Shown here one piece after another: positions 53,943-64,000 of a DNA stretch of 64,000 nucleotides. Under the pieces are notes generated by a model. The model ran no database searches and was not told where the DNA came from. It saw only the letters and a program-made list of their open reading frames with translations. The translations under genes and the position numbers were made by a program. Source of the DNA: a virus; IMG/VR virus record IMGVR_UViG_3300045988_110279; one strand, 5' to 3'. Positions within the stretch are counted from its first letter, which is position 1, and the number at the start of each line of letters is the position of its first letter.

Positions 53943-55853
53943 ATGGAGAGTTTCTATGGAGGACCTAAAGGTATAGATTTTGAAATTAAGCAAATCTTTA
54001 CTAGTAAATATTAGATGGATAGAGATTTAACAAAGGGTTGGACATCTTCTATTTTCCCTGGAGATTTCGTTATTGTATCGTATGGTTTGCCAAGTGATGC
54101 AAATTATGATATTTATAAGAATGAAGATTTATAGAATTATGGTAAAAGTTATAACTCTACCCTTTGGAAAAAAGTTTTTAATGATAAAGATGGAAGTGGG
54201 TCTGCGGGCGGCCTAAGCTATGAGATGCAGGCTTCCATGACAGGAAATACACCAAGAATTAGCCTACATGATACAGAAGTTCTTGATGCCGATAAAGATC
54301 CAAATGTAGTTTGGGATAATACAGATTTAGATAGATTGTGGCTAACTTTTTAGTTACCTTAGAGTCAAAATATTCAATTAGGTGAAACAACCGTTCTAGA
54401 TTGCAATAAAAATCCTAGTGTGAAATTAGATACAACAGATATAAATAATCCAAGTTTAAAATTATCTTTGCCACAATCACAAGTTATTGAAACGGCGCTA
54501 GTTGAATTATTAAATGTTGGAGAGGAACCTACAGTATCCTTAGAAACGTCTGGTTCTTATTCTATAAATAGACCGGCAATTAAATTCCAATTACCTGTAT
54601 CTCAATCATTATAGGAAGGAACTACAACAGTTCTTGATTCTAATGAAACACCATATTTTGAGATAAATTTTGATGATATAAATAAGCCAGTTATTAATTT
54701 CTTTTTACCTCAAAGCTAGGTAATGGGAAATCCAGAGACTATTATTGTAGGTCCAGAGGAAAACCCATCAGTTTAGATAGATAATACTAATATTAATTCT
54801 CCGGTATTAAAATTTAGTTTACCAGAATCTATTAAGTTTTATTATGGTGAACTATTAGGGGAAAGAACTGCTGGGACTTATGAAGAAACGAATGAAGCTT
54901 TTGCAGATTATAATATTGGTGATTATTATATTAATGCACCGACCGGTTTTATTTACAAGGTAACAAAGAAGTCGGGTACAACTTGCACTTTCCAATATGT
55001 TGCTTGTATTTAGTCTCCATTACCTGAAATAGAAGTAACAAAATTAGATCCTTATACAAATGGTGGTAGCGAGTATGAACCAACTGCACCTACTGTAGTA
55101 AGAGAATTTACTAATACGGAAGAAACCGCTTGGAAACTTATCTTTGGGCTGCCATCCGCGGTTAAATACGGAGTTTCTTTTGATTTTATAGGAATTGATG
55201 AAGAGGGATCTGTCTCTAGTAAGATTATTTCTTCTGATACAGTAAATCTTGATTTCTAGATTCCAAGAGGATCTAAATTATTTGCTGGATTAGCTGTTTC
55301 TGATACATCTTTAAATGTTACTGTTGATGGAGCTAAAACAGGAGATTTGTATTTAAATACTGATACAGGAGATATTTATTCATTAAGCTCTAATGGAACA
55401 TGGGTTAAGAATAAAGGAAACTTAAAAGGTCCTGTTGGAGAAGCTCTTAAAATAGTTAAAAGTTACACTATTAACGAAACTGAAACAATTAAGGATTCTT
55501 TATAGAATGGCGTAAATTACATCGAAGAAAATTACGATGGAGAAATCAGCGCAGAGGATATTTTCTCTATTACTTGGGTTGAATATGAGACTAATTAGGA
55601 AACTTCTTATTGGTATTATAAAGCAGCCGATGGAGTATGGGGAAGAGTTCAACTAACCGGAGGTATTGCTAACCTTATTGATAATGATTATAATAATGAA
55701 GATGGCGGAGAGGTAACAAATAAAACTTATAGCGTTCATTATATCAACACTTTAATCGGTGGAGCTATTACAAATAAAGATAGATAGACATATTCTGCCG
55801 AATAGATAGAAGAGTTGTTATCTTGGGGAAGTTTTAGTGATTTAATACCTTAA
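53943..55853 (+). CDS. tail fibre/receptor-binding protein with three tandem ~40-aa repeats
   Basis: Repeats PSVKLDTTDINNPSLKLSLPQSQV / PYFEINFDDINKPVINFFLPQSQV / PSVQIDNTNINSPVLKFSLPES. In frame with track ORF 54420.. Confidence 0.5.
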
Positions 55854-55886
55854 TTTATATTTAGAGAGTATAAAGGAGGGCCTAAA

Positions 55887-56669
55887 ATGGCTTTATTTAA
55901 GATTTTTCGAGGACCAGAAGATAATTTGAATAGTGTACCTCTTCATGAAGGATACGCTTATTTCACAGAAGATAAAGGAAATCTCTTTATTGATATTAGT
56001 AATGAAGAAGGTGGGCGTTTGCAGGTAAATGCCTATGCTGCTCAAGTTCTAAAGAATGATATTACTGAGATTGATATTGATGATATTTTTCTTAAAAATA
56101 TGACTGCCACTGTAGCTCAGGGCGGAACTGGACATAATAGTCTAACTGTAAATGCTTTATTAATTGGTAATGGAACTAATGCGGTAAAGATGGTTGAAAT
56201 TGCGGCTGGTTAGATTGTTATCGGAAATAGCGAGAATGGTGTAACAGGATTGCAAGGAACTGGCGCTTTATTTGCCGCTACAGCTGGCGCTCCGCAATTT
56301 GGAACGCTTCCAATTTCAGTTGGTGGAACCGGGGCAATTAATGCAGCAGGGGCGAGAACTAATTTAGATGTGTATAGCAAATTGGAAACAGATAACTAGA
56401 TTAGTGGAAGTACTACGGCAGCTTATCCAGCAACTCTTTCTGCATCAGGTTGGGTATTAAATGAAGATATGTATACATATACTTATTCCAATACTTCTTT
56501 AACTTGCGGAAAAGCAGGTAATGTGCCACCTATTATTAGTTATACTTCTAATCTTGAAGAGTATAGTAAAATTGATCACGCTGATGCATCAGTTGGGGTT
56601 GGAATTACCTTTTATACAAAAGAAAAACCAACAAATGATATTGCTATTATTATCATTGATGTAAAATAA
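55887..56669 (+). CDS. tail fibre protein (conserved N-terminal MALFKIFRG...QGGTG module)
   Basis: Track ORFs 55887.. and 56469.. are joined by TAG readthrough. Confidence 0.55.
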
Positions 56670-56720
56670 AAAAAATGGGGAGAACCTTTGAAATTAAGGT
56701 TCTCCCCATTTTTTTTATTT
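56669..56720. terminator. strong bidirectional terminator between convergent blocks
   Basis: aaaaaaaatggggagaacc-tttgaaattaa-ggttctccccattttttttat. Confidence 0.75.
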
Positions 56721-57173
56721 CTCGCAAGGAGGTTTACTATATAAATGATAATGCGGTTTTTCTTCTCCAAACCATTTCCATCTTAGGTAGTCGTCTAATA
56801 CTATTGCCAAAAGGCTTAAAAAGAACCAGGCGATAGAGAATGGTAAACAAATCTACCCCATAAAATTCAATGGAACGTGAGAATAATCCCAAATACCTAA
56901 GCCTAGTTTTACATTTAATACTAGACCAAAGATTAATTCTAAAGCAGTTATGATTAAAGAGCCTTTTACTCCTTGAGTAAGAATAGATTCTTCCCAAAGA
57001 ACGTTCTCATTCATTAGTCCTATTAATAAAAAGCATAAGCCGCCCAATAAGAACATAGACCAATGACAAGTTCCAAAGCTGATAAAAGTTTTATAGAGGA
57101 ACTCTATACCGTAATATAGAGTTCCTCCAACTGCAAATAGAATTATATTTTTACTCACTGTCGGTATCTTCAT
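56715..57173 (-). CDS. multi-pass membrane protein (holin-like?); one TAG
   Basis: Track ORF 56853..57173 extended through TAG: ...LNFMG(Q)ICLPFSIAWFFLSLLAIVLDDY... Confidence 0.4.
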
Positions 57174-57813
57174 AGTTTAATTCAATAGCTTTTAATTTAT
57201 CTATTGAATCAGCTTCGAATATCTAAGTTTTATATTCTTGCATTAAATGATATTTGGGATATACCACATTTAAAATAGCTAAACTTAGAGCGGATAATTG
57301 CTCTAAACTCCATGGCACACATTCTTCGTGTCGAGCGTGCCACTCAAGCGTAGGATTTTCTACTTCAGCCGCGAGAGCGACTTGATATTGATTGAGATTT
57401 AAGCTAATCTCAGACTGGTCCTCCTACGTAATTCCATATTCTTTTCCATCAACCCAAGTTAGTGGGTGGGTAGCAAGATACTCTGCGAATAGTTTCTTGT
57501 TTTCCTCTTGTTTGTCATACTTTGCCTAATCTAAATCAGAAGTGAATGTTCCATCTTCTTGATTATATATTGAATAATTAGGAGTAACATCTGATGGAAT
57601 TGTTTCTATCTCTAATACTTTTACAGCATTAGATTGATTTAATACATCGGCTTTAATTAGAGTATAATGTGTATCTCCATTTGAGCCGATAACCCCAGTT
57701 CCCTCTTCTTCCTCGCAGGCAACGACAATACCATTTGAGGATTGCAGTTTAATGTAACGTGCTTCTGAAAGAATATCAACTACTACATTCTCTCTATTTA
57801 ATAGAATATACAT
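57151..57813 (-). CDS. hypothetical protein (220 aa)
   Basis: Track ORF 57526..57813 extended through TAGs. Its stop overlaps the start of the membrane-protein gene. Confidence 0.4.
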
Positions 57814-57989
57814 TACTTTATTTCAACTCCTTTAAATAATGAACGAAAATAATTGTCCATATCTTGAATTATATAAAAACAAGTTCCTTTAGAAATATGT
57901 GCCCTCCAACCTTGATAGGATTTCTAAATTTCATCTGTTGAAATTTTACCCTCTAACCATAGCGCTTGCATTTTCTTTAACTTTCTGCG

Positions 57990-59031
57990 CTAATGAGCCA
58001 CTTTCTTTTTAAAAGGAATTTGTATTATATGATTAGTGTCTGTGAGATAAAAGTTCCACTTTAAGTATTTTAATGGAGCGTGACGTTTGCCGTCCGCATG
58101 AATAGGAGAGATTCTAGTAATAGTAGTCTTTTTCTTATTCATCTTTAATCCTTGCTTATTTAAGCGAACTTCTATTCTCTTTTCACATTCGGCTAAGTAT
58201 TGACTGTCATTGTGGAATAAATATAAATCATCCATATAACGACCATAATACTTAATATGTAACTCTTCTTTGATGAAGTGGTCAATTTCGTTCAATGCTA
58301 GCAATGCGAATAATTGTGATGTTTGACTTCCTAATCCAAGACTTTTATTATCATATTCATAGTATTTGCGGCCAGGCTTAAAATTAGTGGTACTAATTCT
58401 CGTGTATTTGTGCCGTTTACTAATATAATAATCTTTTCCTGGTATGGGAGAGGAATCTTTTGTTAGCTTAAAAGAAAATGTATCTATTAAATAACAGCAT
58501 AGTTGATAAATTCTTTTATCTTTTATCAAACGTTTAGCCGCTTTCTTTAAAGATTTATGGTCAATAGAATCAAAATATTTTTGAATATCAATTCTTAACC
58601 CATAAAAATCTTTTCCTAATCCATATTCTCTATGAGCTTGTTGAAGATGTTTCTTTACTCTTTTTAAAGCAAAGTCTATTCCTTTTTCCTCTTAAAGTAG
58701 CACAATTATCGTAGATAAATCTAGGAGTTAATTCTGGTAATAAAACTTGTTCACATAACGCATTTTGTACCAGTCTGTCGTTGATATGACACGCTCTTAT
58801 ATCTCTTGGTTTGCCTCGTTCGATTATCGAAAAACAACTAAACACAAGCTATTCGTATTCACACGCTCGCAGATCAGCTTCTGTTTTTAAAATTGTTTCT
58901 ATCCTATTCTCTTCAAAATTAATTGTACTATCTTTCCATCGAACGTTTCGGCATACCTTATAAGACGCATCATACATAGTGTCAAAACTACAAAAACGCT
59001 CGAAAGTAGTATCTTGATTTATTTCAGACAT
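57990..59031 (-). CDS. DGR reverse transcriptase (contains one sense TAG and an apparent +1 frameshift in an A5 run near 58683-58687)
   Basis: RT motifs 1-2 (RDIRACHINDRLVQNALCEQVLLPEL), A (DFYGLRIDIQKYFDSIDH), a DGR-type motif 4 (LGLGSQTSQLFALLALNEID) and YMDD. Three track ORFs (58849.., 58630.., 57990..) cover it. Confidence 0.75.
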
Positions 59032-59340
59032 ACTTTCTCCTTATCATGTAGCTATAGTGGTAGCTACTCGAGCTCCACGTCTACAGTCTTACTTTATCCA
59101 CTTTTTCAGTGAAATGGTTAAGTTCTCCTTAGATGAAAAGGCAGATCTACCTATAGTATATTATTCGATAGTTGTAGAGCAAAGCTCTTTAATGGTCTCT
59201 CAATCTCTTCCCCACATAGTGAGTGCAATCCAGAGTAAACCTTAATTAGATGGATAATAATATACTCCGGGGTACTATTTAGGCGTTGCTCGTTTGCGCT
59301 GCTCCGCAGCTTAACTCGCAACATGATAGCTCCATCTAAT

Positions 59341-59440
59341 CCGGCGCGAGCCCGTTGCTGTTGTTGTAGTTGTTGTTGTTCGCAGATCCATCGTTGTTGA
59401 CATTGCAAACGTTGTTCGAGTTGTTGTAGTTACGGGACCG
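59341..59440 (-). repeat. DGR template repeat (TR)
   Basis: Adenine-rich on the minus strand. It is homologous to 60064-60163 and 201-280, with mismatches confined almost entirely to TR adenines. Confidence 0.8.
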
Positions 59441-59626
59441 AAAGATACAGAACTTAACCGCAGAAAAATATTATCGACCTCTCCTATGGGTTTTAGGAGC
59501 CGAATATCTATGCTCGACTATAAGTTTATCTCTATTTTTTCTATCTTGGATTGATTCTTTTACTTTCTTAGTCAATCTAGCTAGATGTTCAAAAGATCTT
59601 CTTTTCTTTTTGCTGTTCTGAGCATA

Positions 59627-59965
59627 CTAATAAATACATAGGTCGATTTGTCGAAATATACTATCACAATATTCAATCGCTCTATTGTGATATTCATTTC
59701 TTTTTGTAAGGGTTTCTTTATCTTTTAAGTTTATCCTACACGCCTCATAACAGCAAGCGTGTATACCCTTTCCGCATTTAATTATATCGTACCCGAACGC
59801 TTGAAGAGGTTGACCCTCTCCAAGCAGTCCAGGTTTGCAGATTTGTTTTCCATCCTTATCAAATTCTCTAGGACGAGTTAAGACTAAAATGTAGCCAACC
59901 AATTCACGGGCTTTATAAAGACAGTCTTGTTTTGATAGGTGTCTATCCTTTACTTTTACAGACAT
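59627..59965 (-). CDS. avd: Avd-like accessory variability determinant (basic, 112 aa)
   Basis: Track ORF. Assigned from its position between the target gene and the TR, and from size and charge typical of Avd. Confidence 0.45.
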   Translation of the reverse strand: MSVKVKDRHLSKQDCLYKARELVGYILVLTRPREFDKDGKQICKPGLLGEGQPLQAFGYDIIKCGKGIHACCYEACRINLKDKETLTKRNEYHNRAIEYCDSIFRQIDLCIY

Positions 59966-60000
59966 TTAAAATTTCCCTCACTTGAATATATAATTTTTTT

Positions 60001-60055
60001 ATTGGACAATTTAACCTTAACTGTCCCGAATTGTTATTTTGCTGTATTATCCAAT
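60001..60055. promoter_or_regulatory. inverted repeat immediately downstream of VR1 (attggacaat...attatccaat)
   Basis: 10-bp stem with 1 mismatch and no U-tract on the gene strand. It sits where DGR hairpin/cruciform elements are found. Confidence 0.4.
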
Positions 60056-61804
60056 GACGAAAGCCGGCGCGAGCCCGCCGCTGCTGTAGTCGGTGTAGCC
60101 GCCCGCAGACCCATCGGTGTAGACAATGCAAACGCTGCCCGAGTTGCCGTAGTAACGGGACCGTTCCCAATACCACATCGTTGAATTCGTCAACGAACCA
60201 TTGGCGTTCATCTGGTATTTAACTCTAGTAGAGTTGCTTGTATAGTAACTATAGGCCGTCTAACTTCCTCCAACAGTCCACTCCTAATAAGAACTAGCAT
60301 AGCCGCTAGAGCTAGTAAATCCCATCTCACATTCAGAAGGTAGCCAACATTTTGCAGTTGTTTGAACATCCGCAGTATTATTCTAATTACCATTACTAGC
60401 AGAACTTGTCTTCTTAGTAACAGATTTAATAGAAGCGGTTGCGCTACATCTATTACCAAAATCATTGCACAAGGATTGAGCGGTTGAACCATTCCATAAC
60501 GCGTTACTACCAAATGATGTACTGTTAGGTAAAGTTCCCGCAGTCTGGAAAGTTAATGTTCCAGTTCCATCCTAATCAGCACCAATACAAATCATTGTAG
60601 CAGCGTTGGCACCAAGTACCGCACTAGAAAGACTTACAAGTTTCTTTTTACCTACACATTTCTTTCTTTCACTGGAAGAAGCCTTAGCTGCCCAGGTCTT
60701 TAATCCAGCCCACCACTTAGCATCACCAGTAGCAGTTTCAGAACCCCACTCCCAATAGCTTGCTGTTACTGTAACAGTCTTGTTACCTGGAGCAGTATGG
60801 TTAGTTCCGGCCGCAACTTTAATAGTAATCGTGGTAGAAGAAATAGCTGTACTGCCATCACCTTTAATAGTAAGAATATTACCACTTAAAGAGAGGGTAA
60901 GACCAGTAACACTAGTTGGAGTATAGCTAATAGCTCCATCTCCCGCGCGAGTAATAGTAACTTTAACGCCAGCACTATAATTATCTCCATCAAGAGCAAC
61001 AGAAGTTGGATTTACGGTTAAACTACCCGCGGCTTTATTAATAACCCAGTTTACATCAAGATTATCGGTTGTCTTATCAGCCCATCTATAGTTGCTCTTT
61101 AGAGTAAATGTAGCTGTATAAGTTCCTGCGTTAGTAGCGGAAGTAGTTCCACCAATCGTCATATAAGTGGTATTGAAATTATTCCAATAAGAAGTTCCAC
61201 TTACTGATTGACTATTACCTGTATAGGTAAGATTACTTTTCCAGGTTGGTTTAGCGACAGATTTACGCTCAACAGTTACCGTAAATTTCGCAGATTGAGT
61301 TACTTCATTCTCTGTATAAGAAACAGTAATTTGCTAGCTGCCAACTGTAGTTAAGGATGTTGGTGAGCACGTATAACCTGTGACAGCCGCGCTTTTACTA
61401 TCAGAGTAACTCGCTGTAACTACCATTCCTGTTGTTTGAAGGGTGTCGCCATATTCATAGGTCATCTTAGTTGGATTAGTAATAATCTAAATACTAAGAA
61501 GTTTATGAATAACAGTTACCTTCTAGGTAGTTTGACAAGTTTCACCGAGTTCTGAATAAGTAATAGTTACTTCAGTAACTCCATCTGTTAAAGGACTGGG
61601 AGTAACTTGATATCCAGTTACTTCTGCTGTTGTTACAATAACGCCATCCATGCCGTAAGATGCGGTAACTACCATTCCAGCAGGATTAAATGTGTCACCA
61701 GCAAGATAGCTTGTTTTATTAGGGGGAGTGGTTACTTCAATTTTTACAAGAGAAAGAGAGCCTCCACCTTTTCCACCCTACTCAGCTAAAATACATTTAG
61801 GCAA
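60047..61804 (-). CDS. DGR target protein: Ig-like repeats plus C-terminal C-type-lectin-fold variable domain (585 aa, 5 TAGs)
   Basis: TTG start 7 nt after a GAAGGAGGT RBS. Track ORF 60572..61162 is one in-frame segment. C-terminus reads CWLPSECEMGF...VCIVYTDG... Confidence 0.6.
60064..60163 (-). repeat. DGR variable repeat VR1
   Basis: Encodes ...WYWERSRYYGNSGSVCIVYTDGSAGGYTDYSSGGLAPAF at the 3' end of the target gene. A to N differences relative to the TR. Confidence 0.8.
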
Positions 61805-61978
61805 ATTGTTTACCTCCTTCTATCTAGCTATTGCTATAAACAAATCTAAATTACTAGATAGAAGGTCGAGGATGGAAGCGATCTTCGCTCCAGTCTTTTA
61901 GAAAGTCATTAACAATTTCCGAGAAAAAGTACACTTTTTAACAGGAAAAATACTTCTTCTGTCTAGATAATAAAAAAT

Positions 61979-62009
61979 TGGGAAAAGGGTAAGAAACCCT
62001 TTTCCCAAA
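61979..62009. terminator. hairpin ttgggaaaaggg-taagaaa-cccttttcccaa
   Basis: Perfect 12-bp stem in the divergent intergenic region, with a T-run on the minus strand. Confidence 0.5.
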
Positions 62010-62129
62010 AGTGAGTATCTTACTCTTTTCAAATATATATGAAAGAAAGAGTAGATAAATTATATATAGTTGACCAAGTTCAGTAAAGTGTACTTTTTTA
62101 AAGATTTTAGATGAAAGGAGAAAATATCT

Positions 62130-62768
62130 ATGGAATGTATTTTAACTGGATAGGTTAAAAATCAAAATGCTATTACCGTACCAGGCGGCGGTAGCGCAGA
62201 AATGGGAGAAACATTAGGGTTAGGGCCTTATACTATTGAATTTGATGAAGAAGATAATGAAAATCTTACTGCATCATCAATAGAATATAATAATGAAGCT
62301 TCAAGTATGAAAGCCACTAATGTTCAATCAGCTATTGATGAGCTTTTTACCGATGTCAGTGAGGGCAAAACCCTAATAGCGACCGCAGTCACTGACAAGG
62401 GAGTAGAAACTGCGGCAACCGATAGTTTTTCAACTATGGCAGATAAGATAGGATAGATTACAACAGAAACCCCTATAGAAACAGTAGATGTTATATTCGA
62501 GTCATTGAGAGGTATAAGTGGAGGTACAGTGATAATAGAATATGAAAATGCACCAATGTCAGTATGGGTAATGCAGAAAAATAATTATAAAGTAATAAAA
62601 AATAGCATTTTAACTATAAATGCCGGTTCTTCTTCAGGGCTCAAAATTACTCCCCAGTCTGCATATGAAAGTTTGGGGGCTATATTAATAAATAATAATT
62701 ATCAAGTTATAGCATATAAAATTATTGGTCCCGCTACAATTACTTCTACTGGAGGTAATATTGATTAA
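62130..62768 (+). CDS. tail fibre-like protein (212 aa)
   Basis: RBS AAAGGAGA. Track ORFs 62202.. and 62505.. are joined by TAG. Confidence 0.45.
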
Positions 62769-62790
62769 ATTTAGGAGGTAGTATTATACT

Positions 62791-63189
62791 ATGATAAAAG
62801 TAAATGGGAAAAAGGTTGCTGGAATAGGGTAGCCTGGATTAAACGGCAAATCTGCTTATGAAACAGCTAAAGAAGGAGGGTTTACTGGAACTGAAAAGGA
62901 GTTCAATACTATATTAGCAAATTCTGCACTTAAACCTATTATTAAATTGATAACTCTATATTCATCAGCTTGGTCTAATAATACTCAAACAGTAAATATA
63001 ATTGGAGTATTGAGCGATGAGGGCAAATAGATAATTTGTCCAACTCCAACAATAAAAGATATAGATATATATAATAATTCAGGCATTTAGTGTATAAATC
63101 AACAAGAAAATAGTTTAACTTTTAAAGCCCAAAAAATTCCAGAAAATGATATATAGATATATATAATTTTGTAGGAGGTGCGAACATGA
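62791..63189 (+). CDS. tail fibre-associated protein with GQPGLNGKSAYETAKEGGFTGTEKEF motif
   Basis: RBS AGGAGGTA, TAGs as sense, TGA stop overlapping the next ATG. Confidence 0.45.
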
Positions 63190-63434
63190 TTATTAACCAA
63201 ACTTTTCAGACGGAAAAGTATTCAATAATAGATAAAACAAGCCTTCAATATGGCTATCCAGTAAGAGCAACCCCTGGGGAAATTGTTTACAGCAGTCCTA
63301 TGAGTGCAGGAATATCAGATAATGTATATTTAATAAAAGATGGAAGCTCTATTGATAATGTTTATTCAGATGGTAGATATAAATTTATAATGCCAGAAGG
63401 TGATGTTTTGATTGCTAGAGATTATCCTTGGTAA
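63186..63434 (+). CDS. hypothetical protein (TAG-free)
   Basis: Track ORF. Confidence 0.45.
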   Translation: MIINQTFQTEKYSIIDKTSLQYGYPVRATPGEIVYSSPMSAGISDNVYLIKDGSSIDNVYSDGRYKFIMPEGDVLIARDYPW

Positions 63435-63468
63435 TCTTATATATATTATATAATAAAATTTTATATAA

Positions 63469-64000
<532 letters not shown>

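Larger units (their letters stand above)
57990..61804 (-). mobile_element. diversity-generating retroelement cassette (target-VR1, avd, TR, RT)
   Basis: Canonical gene order on one strand, with A-specific TR/VR mismatches. Confidence 0.75.

Noticed and set aside
59151-59408. Minus-strand track ORF with QQQLQQQQ, and ORFs 59939..60184 / 59943..60176
   Set aside because: These are artefacts of the adenine-rich TR and the GC-rich VR1. The real coding frame of VR1 is the C-terminus of the 60047..61804 target gene.

Overview
This window is a 64-kb stretch of a tailed dsDNA phage or prophage genome, AT-rich with AGGAGG-type Shine-Dalgarno sites and sigma-A-like TTGACA-17-TATAAT promoters. These signals, plus an AbrB/SpoVT-type regulator, suggest a Firmicutes host; this is inference. 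The central observation is stop-codon reassignment: TAG is a sense codon, most likely Gln. The standard-code ORF track is therefore fragmented across the whole late region, and many adjacent track ORFs are single genes that read through TAG. Only TAA and TGA terminate.

Layout:
(i) 112-1890: minus-strand genes, including a remote DGR target (VR2).
(ii) 2198-3430: plus-strand recoded HTH/replication-like gene, followed by iteron-like repeats.
(iii) 4080-4870: an 800-bp non-coding hub with CCGATCGG palindromes and phased repeats.
(iv) 4875-17885: a minus-strand early array in which almost every gene sits in a repeated cassette of tandem terminators, a TTGCACAA...TTGTGCAA inverted repeat and a consensus promoter. 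It encodes a GIY-YIG nuclease, a DEDDh exonuclease, a HAD nucleotidase, an AbrB/SpoVT regulator, a PTH2 peptidyl-tRNA hydrolase, a PARG-like macrodomain protein and FolD.
(v) 18334-56669: the plus-strand late module, heavily TAG-recoded, with terminase, portal, scaffold, major capsid protein, tail genes, one 2908-aa tape-measure protein, baseplate and fibre proteins.
(vi) 56715-61804: a minus-strand block containing a complete diversity-generating retroelement (target with VR1, Avd, TR, reverse transcriptase).
(vii) 62130-64000: plus-strand fibre-like genes and a small serine recombinase preceded by hix/res-like palindromes.

No suppressor tRNA could be supported by eye. Coordinates I derived by hand may be off by 1-2 nt.
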